DNA of 63,806 nucleotides, the filler included, from Collodictyon triciliatum (taxonomy: Eukaryota), in assembly GCA_043381765.1 (NCBI GenBank). It is 4 parts of 4 records of this genome, joined end to end, with 100 filler letters (N's around TTAATTAATTAA, not from the genome) between each part and the next. Parts side by side here need not be neighbours in the genome. Positions count along the whole stretch, not along the records: positions 1 to 27,363 come from JBHJMP010000007.1; positions 27,464 to 48,198 come from JBHJMP010000009.1; 2 more parts are not named here. One strand, given 5' to 3'. Positions 13,546 to 27,804 of this stretch are shown in pieces. The notes under the pieces are model-generated. The model was not told the DNA's origin. It did not search any database and saw only the letters and a program-made list of their open reading frames with translations. Numbering within the stretch: the stretch's first letter is position 1; every line of letters begins with the position of its first letter. The position numbers and the translations under genes were made by a program.

Positions 13546-16500
13546 ACATATATAAATGCCTTTTATTAGCCAGTCTTATTATACTTTCATTTGCACTTGA
13601 CTGATTTAGCAATATTTATACATAAAAGGGTAAACTGAGTATCGATGAGCATGCGCAAATTGATGTGTCCTCAAAGCCTTATCCAGTCCCACCAAATCGG
13701 AACCAAGCATATGACGTTGTTGCGGATCAAGGCGGAACATGGTAGGGATTTAATCCGTAAATGCATATCATACTCCCCTACTTTCAGACGCAACACACTG
13801 GTACCAGTTCAATTTTATTTTTAAAATTACCTTTCAACTTCTAACGAAGCTATGAATTGATCTGGACCTTACTTGGGCTAGGTTCTACATTCCTCCCATG
13901 ATCACCTTTTTCGTCATGCTTACAGAGGTTTAATAAGAGCCCTAACATTATTTATATGAATTTATTCATCACCATTTGGCTATCAAAACACAGAAATGTG
14001 GAGTTACATTCACTTCCCTACCGATTTAGTATTTAAATATCCGTTTACTTCCCAAATAAATTCGCATAAACCCACTTTTTTGTTTACAATGAAATATATG
14101 TGCGTACAGATCGTCTCTGAAAAGGAGTCAAAGATAAGAGTTGGGATGAAAATGTAAGCGAATCGTATGAAAGATAATATTTATCTCTCAAGAAGCATTA
14201 GGGGCAGACGTTGTAGTCCAGCTGGCATGGGACAGATGACGTTGTGAATTAATCTGAAAATGACATTAGGATGGGAATGAAAAATGCACTATTTTGGATT
14301 TCTTGGTACACCACAGCCGCAATATTTGTGTGTCTCTCAACACTAATTTTGATTGTAACAGGTATTCTCTTGAACACAGTCATGTTAAGCATTTATCTTT
14401 TATTATCTAGCGTTTAGCTCCGAGATGTACATTGAATTTGTTACCCCAATTTAATCTACAAAATTTGCATTCCCTATTTTTTTTCTTACAGGGTTTATTT
14501 TTCAAATCGACTACTTTACCAATGCAAATTTCTTTGTTCTCTTCTTCACCTTTTCTCTTTTCGGCCTGGTAACTTTTTTTTTTTTTGATATTACATTCCT
14601 TATATATATAATTGCCTACGAAACGTCTGTTTATGTTACTTTCATTCATAAAATTGTGTATTACTTTGAAAATTGATGCTGGCCTCTTAGAGCACATCAT
14701 CTATGGCCTTCTTTGTGAGGTAATTGCACAATCACATTTAAAGTCTTAAAGACTGAGTTTTGAATTTCCCATTTAGTATATCCATCCCCAAAAAAATACA
14801 TTTTTTCTCAAGTAATTCTTAATATTTGCATATTCTATTTCAGCACAATGATAGGAAATTCTAAAGCAGCACAGACTTTTGGTGAGAATTAAATGAATCT
14901 TCCTTCTGGCTACTTTAAAGACTATATAAGCATCGTTTCATTAGCCTCTATCGACTAGGCTATGCTTTTATTCTGGTTGGGTTCGTTTTCCAAGGGATTC
15001 TGTCATCCGGTTACGGATTTTTAGCTAGTCTTCTGTATGATTCTGGTGTAGCTGAATGGGTGAAGGTAAATTTTTGTTCGGTTCTAAAATTACAGTATGT
15101 TCGTCAATATTTCAGGTGATCTGAGAACAAAGTTTAACGACATTCATCATAGTTTGTCCGCTGGATTCTCAGCTTCTACCCTCCCTTCAATTTTTCCAAG
15201 GCCTACTATGACATATCAGTCCGAGGTATGCACTTTGAATATATTGAGCGTATACCATCTGATTATTCCACTTCCTTTTGATTCAATTCAATTTTTATCT
15301 CGTCCGAACTGTCATCAGCATCAAGCACCATCGATAGAGCTGGAGGGCGCATTGTCCAAGGGGAAGGATTTGAATGGGATAATCTATATGACCGACGAGA
15401 GGTATGTATGTAATATATAACCGCGTTACCATCTTGTTTACGGTTTTATGGAAAACAAATGCTACCGCGAAACCTTTTTCCTTTGCCCATGAAGTATGTT
15501 TTCTATCTCGTTTTTGTTTGAAATATATCCACTTTATTATTTGCATTCACATATACATATATATATACATATATCGCTAATCTATTATATCAGGTGGAAT
15601 TCTTTGGGCGTGATTCTTTCACAGTGCCTCCGCTTTCGGATACTTTGCTTTTGTTGATGGGAAATATGATCTTCTATGCAGTGCTCACATGGTTGGCTTA
15701 TTCCAAATAATCTGTTTCTCTCATTGAACGAAATTTTGTATTTGCGTGCTACCCATTTATAGGTTCTAAAAACAGATATAATCCACATTTTAGGTATTTT
15801 GATAATGTTTTTGGTGGAGACCATGGGTAATTTTTTTTTTCATGTCCTGGCTCTCTCTTTGTTACTTTATATATGATATCGAAATCAAGTTCTAACGAAT
15901 GATATACGCACACCATTATTTGCCGTTATATAATCTCTTGAGAGCAATAATAACAATAAAATTTATAATTATAGGTCACCAAAATCTCCTCTATTCTTTT
16001 TGGATTTGTCTTACTGGGGTCTTGTTGAGAAGCGCCGTGAAAAGAAAGTTATTGGGAGAAACACACAGAAGCTCATCAATGCGGACCCTGATATTATTGC
16101 AGAGGTAGATTTCGAGTTTTTTTTTTTTTTTGAGTTCGCATCCCAGTCACCCGAGTGTTCTTTCAGTTTTATTTCCTTCTAAAAACAAATATTTACAATA
16201 TCTTCGATTAGGCTGAATTAGTTTCACGCTTGGAGGATAGTAGCCAATTTGCTATTTGCATCCACGAGCTACAAAAGATATACCAAGTGCCTTTATATCT
16301 TCATCCCATCTTTTGTGAAATTACCCATGTCCTTCAATATCTTCTTTGGTTTCTTGGTTTTCATAGGCTAATATTACGAGCACTTTACAATCACATAATT
16401 ATACTATATTTTTCGAACACTGTAAAACTAGAAAAATTACTGGAAGCCATCGCCTGATGATGTTATCGCGGTTAGCAATGTCTCGCTTACCATGAAAGGT

Positions 16501-19500
16501 GCTGTTCTATCAAATTATTCGAATGCAAACCCAATATTTCTGTGTATTTGAATCAGAATGATAATTATTTTTATGGTTGCAGCAGTATTATTTCTTCAAT
16601 TCAATAAACATTTGATTTTACGACTTGTAACAGAGGGTGAGATATTTTGCCTACTCGGACACAACGGTGCTGGAAAGACAACAACCATCAACGTTCTAAC
16701 TGGAATGATACGTCCGTTATTCTCGTTTATATTGATATCAAATATCGACCTTACATATTATCCTTTCCTTCTTTCTTGTCCTTCTTCTTTTCCTTATACA
16801 CTCTGGCTCAGAGAAGAATAATCTGGTGAAATTTTACAACGAAATCAGAGCCAACAAGCGGCACTGCAACGATTTACGGAAAAGACATCGTGGATGATAT
16901 TGATCTAATTCGGTCAGAGACAGGCATTTGCCCCCAACACGGTACTTTTTTTCTTCCCTTTATTCGATTCAAAGTCCCAGCACGGTACTTAGTCACGTGA
17001 CTACATTGAAATGGAATATGATTTGAATAAAGAAATTCTGGAATACCCATCCTTTGATTATAAAATTCAATTGTTCAAAATCGATATCCCTAAAAGACAT
17101 CCTTTGGGGTGACCTGACGGCCTTTGAGCATTTGGAAATCTTTTGTGAATTGAAAGGACTTCCCCATTACAAGGCATACATTTTTTCCCTACTAGCTGTC
17201 AACAACCACACAACAATTTCGTTACTTCTCTCTAATTGAGAGGAAGAAAAAAAATCATTCGTATTCTCTCCTTCTCATCCTTTTTTTCTCGTTAAATAAT
17301 TATTCTTTTTTTTTTTTTTTTTTTTTGTTGGTTGAGGATTTTTTTTATTTTTTTGTGTATTTTGTTTTATTTTTTTTTTTTTTTCTTTTTTTTTTTNNNN
17401 NNNNNNNNNNNNNNNNNNNNNNNNNNNNNNNNNNNNNNNNNNNNNNNNNNNNNNNNNNNNNNNNNNNNNNNNNNNNNNNNNNNNNNNNNNNNNNNNAAAA
17501 GAAAAAAAAAAATCTTTCTTATTCTCCCCTTTTTTTTTTTTTTTTTGGGTTAAATAATTTTTTTTTTTTTTTTTTTTTTTTTGTAGGTGACTGAGCATGT
17601 CCGTGAAATTCTGGAGACAGTTGGTTAAGATTCTATCTTATTGCCTTGAATGCTATAATACCTCGGTTGTATCATGTACAATTCAGAATTTAAGTGAAAT
17701 AGTTGATATTCTCTAAAGAGCGTTCATATATCTAGGTTTGTATGATGTGGGAAGAAAGTGTGTAAGAATGTACAGCGGTGGAATGAAGCGCCGATTATCT
17801 GTGGCGATTGCATCTATTGGAAACCCAAAAGTCATGTTTGTTTTCCTGGAACAAATTTTTTTCATCGCAAAGTTTTTTTTTCCGGGGTCATAAATACGAA
17901 TTGATTGCTGAATATTCAGCTCTCTTATAATATTTTTTCTTTTCAAATATGTGAATTCATATTAGGAAGTGACTTTATTCACATCATACATATAGCTTTT
18001 TAGATGAGCCCACCACAGGAATGGACCCGGTAAATCGGCGGTAGGCACTAAATCTGATTTAATCTAGTTGGAACGTCTCCTACTTGATATTTTAATAATT
18101 CTGTGCTCCTAACTTGTTCTCAACTGTTCACAAAATTAGCGAGGTTTGGCATTTGATAGAGAAGATGAAGAAAGAGCGCGTTGTTATCCTCACAACGCAT
18201 TCTATGGAAGAGGTAAATATTTAAAGTTAACAAAAGCTCCTCAAATTACAGCCTCATAACAATCGCATATGTGACTTACAAATGTTCAACATGATGTCAG
18301 GCTGATATTCTGGGCGACCGCATCGCCATCATGGCATATGGTCAAGTTCGTTGTATTGGAAACTCGTTGCATCTAAAATCAAAGTATCATGATTATTCTT
18401 TTATTATTAATTCTCTTGATTTGGTACCAAATAACAGCCTATTCGCATTTAATAATACCACCCCAAAAAGATAAAAATCTTTTTCTTTCCATACTTTCTT
18501 TTTGTATACTTTTTTGTTTGAGAAATATTCCAGTCTTTGTCACGTAATCATAAATGAATCTCGCAGGTACGGTTCCGGCTACAGAATCCAACTAATCACC
18601 AAGGAACAATCAGCAGGCAGTGTAATCGAGCATGTCAAAGCTCTGCTCCCTGAGGGTTTGTCAGAGTAGCAATATATATATATATATTAATCTTCTATGT
18701 TGATTGAAGCCAAGATAAAGCGCTAATTTTCATTTTCCTTGACACCCTAGCGATTCTATTCTCTAATGATGCTGGGAGGTGTGTTATTTGCCGTATTACA
18801 ATAATTTTTTTCAATACATGCGAATAATTTACAAAATTTTCCAAGTTTGATTCAACCTTTTTCTTTTCTCTCTTACATACTTCTACCCGTAAACCTTTTA
18901 GCCTCGTATTTCAGCTACCTTTCAAAGATATATCGAAGCTTCCAGTGCTGTTGGAGTATCTGGAAGGGTCCTCGTCTAAAGAGTACTTTTTGCACAACTT
19001 TTTTTAACTAATGTACGCATATATTAACGAAGTATGTACATGTTTTAAGAGAAGAAAATAAAACTATTGTTACATTAAACGTCATTATATTATCATTTAC
19101 CATCTAATTTTTTTGCCGCAGAATAATCAAAGAATGGGGATTGAGCCACTCAACACTAGAGGAAGTCTTTGTTGAGGTGTTTTTCCATAGCTTTTTCGAG
19201 AAATTATATACCTTGAAATCCTTTTCCGGTTTTTTCTTTAACGCATGTCTAAAAAAAAACACGATAGATATCAAAAAAGAGCGATTTCACTTACGAGAAA
19301 ATCGAAGAGGAAGAAGATTTAGTTCTGGAGGATACTGAACATGAGCTTAAAGAGCAAAGTCGAAGTAAATATAGACAGTTACGATTAACTGGGCTTAACC
19401 ATTTTTAACCCAACTTATTTGATTGTCTTACACTTTTCTCAAGGTAAATTCGATCTTTTAAGCTCTTCCCTAATGTAAAACTGTTCATGAACTATAGAAC

Positions 19501-21870
19501 GAGAGGCACCATCTTCGAACGGCTTTCGTGCCCTTTTGATGAAGAACGTCGCTTTGCAAAAGCGTCAGAAAGGAACAAATATTTGTCAAGTATACACATC
19601 ACATCTTATGCTTTAGCTATTGTCTCTCATATTGTTTCTGTTATCGTTTGGCATTTGATGACATGCAGTAGACTTATTTTTCGAGTAAATTGTAAATATG
19701 AACAGCTTCATTTAATACCAGTCCTCGATTTTAATGTTAATATGGTTACTATGGCAATATTTTCACAGGTATTAACACCAGTTTTGGTCATGCTTGTATT
19801 GCTATTACTCCAGCAAGTGATCAAGTCAGAGGTTTGTGCAAGAATGCTTTGAATCGTCATCATACATTTTTATTACAATATTTGAATTCTTATCTTTTTG
19901 TATTTAAATTGATCAGGAACATGGGTTTGCTTTATTTATTCGGTATTTATCCCATGTATATCTCACAGCTTGTCGATGGTGATGAGACTGAGGCCATATC
20001 ACCGCCCATTCTAGTAAATTACAACCTCCTTCGAGACCGAGTGGAAACAGACAGGCATATCCCAACTTTCTTTTTATTATCCTAGCCTCTGAATTGGACA
20101 GAAAAATTAAGGACTGACTTTTCATATCAACAATTGGAACAAAGCCAGCCTGTGTTATCTTTTGATAGCGTATTATTATACGACTAAACTATTACTGAAT
20201 AACAATATTCTCTTCCTTTTTTTATCTTGGTTTATTATCACAGCACAAATCAGTGTTTGGAATTCTTTTTGTACGGTTCAAACGGAGACGCACAAACTGC
20301 AAAATTGTAAAGAAAAAAATGATGCTTTTGATGTTACAAACAATCAATACCTTGGCAACATACCCAAAGTACACATAGGCGATAAATTTCTGAGACAAAA
20401 CACACTCAGGGCTGGATCGTTATTTTCAAATCGCACCGGTGATGGATTTCTCTACCCTATCCCACAGACAAACTGTACGTTTCAAGAGAACGGAAAAGCT
20501 GTAACAAAATGGGTTTGTAATGCAGTTTTACTAAGCTGATGGTTCAGATGCACTAATTTTTCCTTCCTATATTAGCACTATTCTTAATAAAAAGTCCTCC
20601 ATGAAAATGTGAATGCTACCTATGAGACTTCCCCACTATTCCTCTCTTTTATATCGTGCTGCTAGTCAGTGATGTTGATTTACCTTTTTTATATAATTTT
20701 TTTAAAATTGCAGATCCCATATTTCAACTATGTCGAAGGCTCCTCGTCAGTGATGGATGCGCAGCTCTACAATATTATGGTTGATTACAATAGCTTGGAC
20801 ATCGATGTGGTTGATTCGTACGTCTTTATATCTCGTAAAAATTACATGGTACTAAATTTTTATCATTTAATAGCTTTTTTTTTTAATTTTTTTAATATAA
20901 TATCACAGCCCGCCTGAGTCTTACGATTTGGCCGATGGTTCCGTCACCTTCCGAACTATTGACTATGAGAATGTTCAGCTATCGGTAGCTTTAGTTCCTA
21001 ATTTGCAATACCAATCAATATCCACATATCTAATTCCTCCTTGTATTTTCATCGCCTACAGTATGAATTTGCTGTAAACGATGCTGAAGTTGTCGCATAT
21101 CATCGCCCCAACAACTTCACTCGGTATTCATTTTCTGCCAAAATTGCTTATATGAAAGATACGATTGATTCTTGCCACACAACTCCTTATCGTATTTTTT
21201 GTGAAATTAACTCTTTTCTATTTTTTGTCTTTTTAGTTTTTTTTTAAAAAAGAAAGCGTCACCAAAATGATGCAGCTACAAATGTATTTTTATTTTTATT
21301 AGGGTCGTTGGTATTGAGTTAGATAGCTACCAGGATATTTTCGATGCCGATTTGTTGATTATCATCGAGGGAAGGATGGGGTTGATGGACATGATTCATA
21401 ACGGTATATATTAGCTACAATTATACAATATCCAAATGTACCATTTCCACTTATCTTACTTTCGACGTATATTACCAAAGTATTTTTGAATACGCCTGCA
21501 GTACCATGTTATAATTTTTTTTTTGTTGTTATACATTCATCGTAAAATCACTGCAGCGTTTATTTGGAAGTTTGATGACAGATGGCCTAGGCTTATTGAC
21601 TACTTCAACCGTATAGCCGCATTTTTAACTACTCTCTATATAGCTTATGCAATTATAACTCATATATTCAAGTGGTAGCATTCATTTATTATTAAGATTA
21701 TATATTTCAGAGTTCAATATCACAAATGGATACCGGTTTGCACGCCCTTTATATACCCTCATACGAGGAATGCCGTTCGAAGAGGAAAGGTTTATATTTC
21801 CTTTTTTTTCTTTATATTCCTTCCTCATTATATTGTGTTGGTTAAAAATTTTGTATCTCATGTTCTGCCC

Positions 21871-21913
<43 letters not shown>

Positions 21914-23996
21914 TTCGTTAACGCATGTTTGTTTGATATTCTCACCTTTTTATTCTGTGGTTTTTAAACAGTGACTGGTATTTAATCATCGAGCTCTTTG
22001 GAACAATTCTATATCCAATCGCCCTGACTATCCAGTTGCCAATCTACGTTTACTTGATAGTTATGGAAAAGCAAGAGAAGGTTTATTATCCATAACATAT
22101 ATTCAATAATAGTTCCCGTTCAACAAATATTCCATTTGCAGATTTTTGATTACACATGTTACATAGTTACGAGAAATGATGAAAAGTAGTGGAATGAAAA
22201 TGAGGACATACTGGTTCTCCAATTACGTCTTCTTCTTGGTCCTTTATTCTGTATGTTTGCCTTGTTTCGAATGACTAATTATCATACTTATGTTTTACTT
22301 CACTGTTTTTTTTGCAAATTACACGTTTCCTCCGACTCAAAGCCTACATTTATTCTTGAAATATTTCATCTGTCTTTTTTTTTTTTTAAAAAAAAAAATC
22401 ACATTTTCTCAAGGACAAAATAATCTGCCAATTAAGTGAGCCTTTTGCTTTTTATCTAGGCGGTTATATTTTTCTTTTATATATCTGGCCTAGTGATAGA
22501 AATACGGTTCTTTACACAAACGGACCCATCCGTTCTGCTGTGGTTCTTTTTCCTTTGGGGGAACTCTTTGATTTCGTTCTCCTTTTTGCTGAGGTTTCCC
22601 CATAATTCATGCATATCAAAATGAGTTCTTCACCCTACTGTCTGCGCATTTGATGCTTGATTTCTCCAAAATTTCATATCGCCCGAAGGAAAAAAAGAAG
22701 CCTTGTATTAAATCAATTCTTTTCAATACCAAAACATCAGCACTTTCCTGAGTTCTAAACAGGCAGCAACGGTCGTTGGGTATATCGTTGCACTTATCGG
22801 GTCGATGACTGCATTGTTTATATGCGTTTCTCTTTACCCCCTCACCGAAAAAGAGGTTTGGATTGATATATGTGGTACCACGACTTAATTCCGAAAGATA
22901 ATGTATCATATTAAATCTCCTTTATTTCATCAGAAAAATAGTTGAGAGGCATGAGAGCTTTGATTTTGCAAGAAACTTTATCTTGGCACATCAGAGATTC
23001 ACACTCTGGAGAATTTTTTTAGTTACGGGGACTCATTTGTGCCTCTGTTTTTCTACAGGAAATGCCAGTGTCTTTCTTTGTGTATCTCCAATTCGGATTT
23101 GCGCGCGGTATATACATTCTGAATGATGCATGTGCTCGTGAATACGTTTGCTATCAGGCAAGTCAATAAAATTCAATATTATTTTTCTTTCTATATCATC
23201 TAGACTTTTTAAACTGCCATAATAGCCCTACAACGTCAACTCAAACGCTTAGCGTCATTTAAAAAACTTGTTTCTCTTCAAATAACCTAATTTATTTTCA
23301 AAACTCTTCTCAGTGGGACGATTTGGAGCCCGATGACGAAATGACGATTGTGCTGTGGTCCTTGTTTTTCAACAGCCTGTCTTATTTTTTGTTGGCATTT
23401 TACTTGGATGAGGTTCTTCCATCGGAATATGGCGTATGGTTCATCTCAATGACGGAATTGTTTTGTTTTTTTTTTAAAAAAAAAAAAACTACCGCCTCTC
23501 GTTTCATCGAAAACACTCTTTTTAAGTAGAGAAATAGCAATTGATTCCTATATTTTGTTGATAATTTTAAATTACCAATCATTCAGGTTCCTAAGCACCC
23601 TTTGTTCTTCCTTAATCCTCTGAGAAAAAAGTTTGGAATGCGAAAAGCTGGAGAATCGAAGGAAAAGTTCCGATTTAATTTGATATATTTATTTTTCGAT
23701 ATATATATATTTATAAACCAATCATATAAAAAAGCGGAAAATCCTGCTGCTCACCTCATTTATTTCCTCCGTTTTCGTACAATTCATAGATTCATTTTAT
23801 TTGCTTTTTTTTTCTCGATTTTTTCTTTTTGATATTATTCTTTATATTTGGAAAAATTATCATTTTATCAAATAAAACTTTCTAAATCTACGTAATCATA
23901 TTATCACCAAAGAATGACACTCGAGCAACAGCACTTGCGCGCACTTCTGCGCCACTCTGTGGACGATGAAGAGGATAGGTAGATTTTGCTTCCCTT

Positions 23997-24095
<99 letters not shown>

Positions 24096-25576
24096 TTAAG
24101 TTTTTGCATATATAAGTATCTGGAAACTTACCATAGAAGCTGCATTTCTATTTTTGTGCAATTAAGAACATATATACACTTGAAGAAATACGTGAAAAAT
24201 GAAACATAATTCATATAAAAGCTAACTTGCCTTTTTTTTCTTTCCCCTGTAGAAATGAAGATACAGATGTGTATCAAGAGAGGATGCGAGTCGAGGAAGG
24301 TTTGGGATTAAATATCTACTCCACTAATAAAGAAAAATAATTCATGAAATCATGGATCGATAGGACATAACTTAGTTATCATATTTGCTTTCATCTCAAT
24401 TTGCACAGGCAAAATTGGAAAACATGCCCCTGTTCTGATTCGAGACCTTCACAAGCGTTATCCATCGACGTATGGTTCTTTTTCTTATCCTTAGTTTCTC
24501 CTCTGTTTTCTCATCCCCCGCCCCCTTTACCACTTTTAATTTATATCTTTATGCATGCATGTTGGAAAAGAAAAAAAATCAAATGGTTAAAATCTTTATC
24601 TGCCAGTGACCATTCATTGCCCAAGATTGCTGTGAGGCGATTAACTCTTGCTATCGAGGAAAACGAATGTTTTGGTCTTTTGGGTCCGAATGGCGCAGGA
24701 AAAACCACCACTATCAACATGCTCACCGGCGTGTTTCCTGCAACCGACGGAAGGTTCCTACGGCCTACATCACAACATCGATTCTACTCCTTCGCCTTTT
24801 TTACAAACATGACTTTTCAGTATTTTCATAGATTACTCTTAATCCAGACAATCCACTCTTTTAATTTTTCAATTTTTTTTTTATAAATATTTAAGTGCGC
24901 TCGTTGGCGGATTCGACATTCAAACGGAAATGGATAAAGTCCATCTTGTAACTGGTGTCTGTCCACAATTCAATGTAAGTATCTCAATGTCCGATATAAT
25001 ATTATTCCCTTATAAAATAGTAGCAATCAGTCTGCGCAAATGAACGTGACCAATGAGCATCAGTATATTGTTTCAAGAATCGAATCATAGAGATTCATTC
25101 TAATAGTGACATTGTAATTTCGTATTTACAAAATATTTAGATTCTCTGGGGCACATTGAGTGTAGAGGAACACATCATATTCTATGCTCGGCTTAAAGGT
25201 GTTCCAGAAAACAAAGTTCACGATGCAACTTTGCGTGCTTTGAAAGAGGTCATAACAGACAGGAATACAGTTGCATTTGTTCACCTATTCCTGAATATCA
25301 GCCTCTATCTAGATAGAAAAAGACATCACAAGAGCCTTCATTCAGTCGAACTTAATCTTTTTAACCCGAAATATATATGATCATCTGTTTGCAGGTTGGT
25401 TTGCAGCACTGTCCCAATCGCCTTGCTAAGGACTTGAGTGGCGGAATGCAAAGACGTCTCCAAGTCGCCATTTGCTTGGTCTGTCTCATTCTGCTAACAT
25501 ATACAGTTGTGCATTCGTATCTACTACTCCTTCTTCAAGCGTCACTCGAATATTGAAATCATTCAAAAACTAGATG

Positions 25577-25613
<37 letters not shown>

Positions 25614-25747
25614 ACCATTTTCCCCTCGATGTTTATTAAACGAGTGATTGTTAACAGGTGGGCGACCCTGCTGTTGTCTTTCTGGACGAGCCCACCACCG
25701 GATTAGACCCAACTAGGTGGCATGCATGCATGATATCACTCTTACTT

Positions 25748-25838
<91 letters not shown>

Positions 25839-26836
25839 TTTTATTTTGCACGCAACGATAATGATGCCTACTGTCCGAAACATACAGAATGTGCACTTGC
25901 TTTTATTCCGCATCAATCATATATTCAATATGGCTAACAATCTTCTGCCACACGAAATGAATGCGCGGACGGAACGCAACAGTAAACGGCATTTGTGGAC
26001 CATCATCAGTCGAGCCCGACGTCACCGCTCCATCATTCTTACAACACACTCGATGCACGAGGCCGAAGTTTTGTGCACTCGCATCGGTATTTTTGTGGAT
26101 GGTGCTTTGCGTTGCTTGGGAGAACAAGTACCTTTTTATATGCGTCTGTGTCTGTGTTTGTATCCTACCTCGCCGACCAGCATCAGCCGGAACCATATCC
26201 CGTTTTCGACCCCTTACGCGCCCTCTTTTGCATATGCTGATGCATAATCTAATCTACATATTTAAAATCCGCGCAATTGTGACAGACACACTTGAAGAAC
26301 AAGTTTGGTGGTGGCTACCATTTGGATATCAACTACTTGCCGGAGAATGCAGACAAAGCCCGCAGCTATGGTTGAATATCTATGTCGAGAAATATGTATT
26401 CATGAGCGTGTGACGTCTTGTCTTTTTTTTTTTTACGTCCTGGGCATTCTGTTTCACTATATCTATCGAAGCAACGACGGCCTTTTGGCTCTAACCTTTG
26501 TCTTCCAACTAGTCACCCAGCGAGTGCCAACCGCGCGCCTGGTCAGCAAGTTTCCCGGCTCGTCGACATATCTTGTCGATGTCAATAGTGTCAAAGTCTC
26601 TGAAATCTTTGTATCCTTCGAGAAGGACAAAGTAATTGCCCATTTCCCACATTATGTCATGCAAGAGAGCCGTCCACAAAACCAACCAAGCCACCAATCA
26701 CTGAACCTACTTTTGATGCAATGAAACCCAGAACGAGTTCGGCATTACGGACTGGGGCATCGGCCAAACAACCTTGGAGGACGTCTTCATCCGCGTTGTG
26801 GAGCGCTTCCCCGCATCAGACATGTCGCGCTTTTGA
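11663..26836 (+). CDS. Full-size ABC transporter, subfamily A (TMD-NBD-TMD-NBD), about 67 exons
   Basis: First half: [30 protein letters not shown], then NBD1 with [61 protein letters not shown]. Second half: [28 protein letters not shown], then NBD2 with [55 protein letters not shown]. Stop TGA at 26834-26836. A continuous splice path crosses two 100-N gaps. Confidence 0.96.
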
Positions 26837-27064
26837 TGGAGGCATCGCCGTCGCGGGGGGATATAAATCTCGGTCGCTCCGGATGATGCGGACAAAAAAA
26901 AAACACGAGTTAAAAAGTAAACATGTCTTTGCGGATTGATCTGTTTGTGTGGAGGAAGACATCAGGAAGAGAGAAAAAAACCAAATAAAACAGATGATTA
27001 TATGACCAAAAAAAAAAATAAAGAGAAGGAAAGATGGAAGGTAGAAACAGAACCAACCAAGACT

Positions 27065-27183
27065 ATGGCACGCAGAACCGAATCCCTGCACACAATGGAG
27101 CAGAGCCCAAGTCCAACTGCAGCGTCTGTCTTCCAGGTTACAGAGGCGCTTTTCCAAACAGCCGGCGAGGTTGTCAGAACAGA
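27065..27183 (+). CDS. Possible first exon of a gene (MARRTESLHTMEQSPSP...), cut off by the spacer gap
   Basis: ATG after an A-rich leader, an open frame, then an intron-like (TTTCC)n run. It may or may not belong to the downstream ARMH2-like gene. Confidence 0.35.
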
Positions 27184-27257
27184 GTTGAAGAGTAACTTTT
27201 CTTTTCTTTTCGTTCCTTTCTTTTCATCTCTTTTCTTTTCCTCTCTTTTCCTCTCTT

Positions 27258-27800
27258 TCCTTTCCTTTCCTTTCCTTTCCTTTCCTTTCCTTTCCTTTCC
27301 TTTCCTTTCCTTTCCTTTCCTTTCCTTTCCTTTCCTTTCCTTTCCTTTCCTTTCCTTTCCTTTNNNNNNNNNNNNNNNNNNNNNNNNNNNNNNNNNNNNN
27401 NNNNNNNTTAATTAATTAANNNNNNNNNNNNNNNNNNNNNNNNNNNNNNNNNNNNNNNNNNNNAACAAAAAAACATAAAAGAAAAAAACATAAAAACAAA
27501 AAACATAAAACAAAAAAACATAAAACAAAAAAACATAAAACAAAAAAACATAAAACATAAAACAAAAAACAAAAAACAAAAAACAAAAAACAAAAAACAA
27601 AAAAGCATAAAACAAAAAAACAAAAAGCAGAAAACAAAAAGCAGAAAACAAAAAACAAAAAAACAAAAAAACAAAAAACAAAAAACAAAAAACAAAAAAC
27701 AAAAAACATAAAAACATAAAAACAAAAAACAAAAAACATAAAACCATAAAAACATAAAAACAAAAAACAAAAAACATAAAAACATAAAAACAAAAAACAT
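27258..27800. repeat. (TTTCC)n and (AAAAAAC/AAAACAT)n repeats flanking an assembly spacer
   Basis: Different repeat units on either side of the N44-TTAATTAATTAA-N44 gap at 27364-27463. Confidence 0.9.
27364..27463. other. Artificial assembly spacer (N44 + TTAATTAATTAA + N44)
   Basis: A palindromic 12-mer with stops in all six frames is centred in a 100-nt gap. It is identical at 48199-48298 and 58980-59079. Confidence 0.95.
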
Positions 27801-27804
27801 TCAG

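Noticed and set aside
19122..19590. Two separate half-size ABCA genes
   Set aside because: A stop-free splice path links TLEEVFVE through an acidic linker to FRALLMKN, so it is one full transporter.
26611..26618. GTATCCTT/ATATCCTT U12-type donor motifs (also near 12640 and 29783)
   Set aside because: They lie inside exons or on the non-coding strand. I found no supported minor-class intron.
27408..27419. TTAATTAATTAA palindrome as a biological element
   Set aside because: It occurs three times, always centred in 100-nt gaps, and is a six-frame stop linker.
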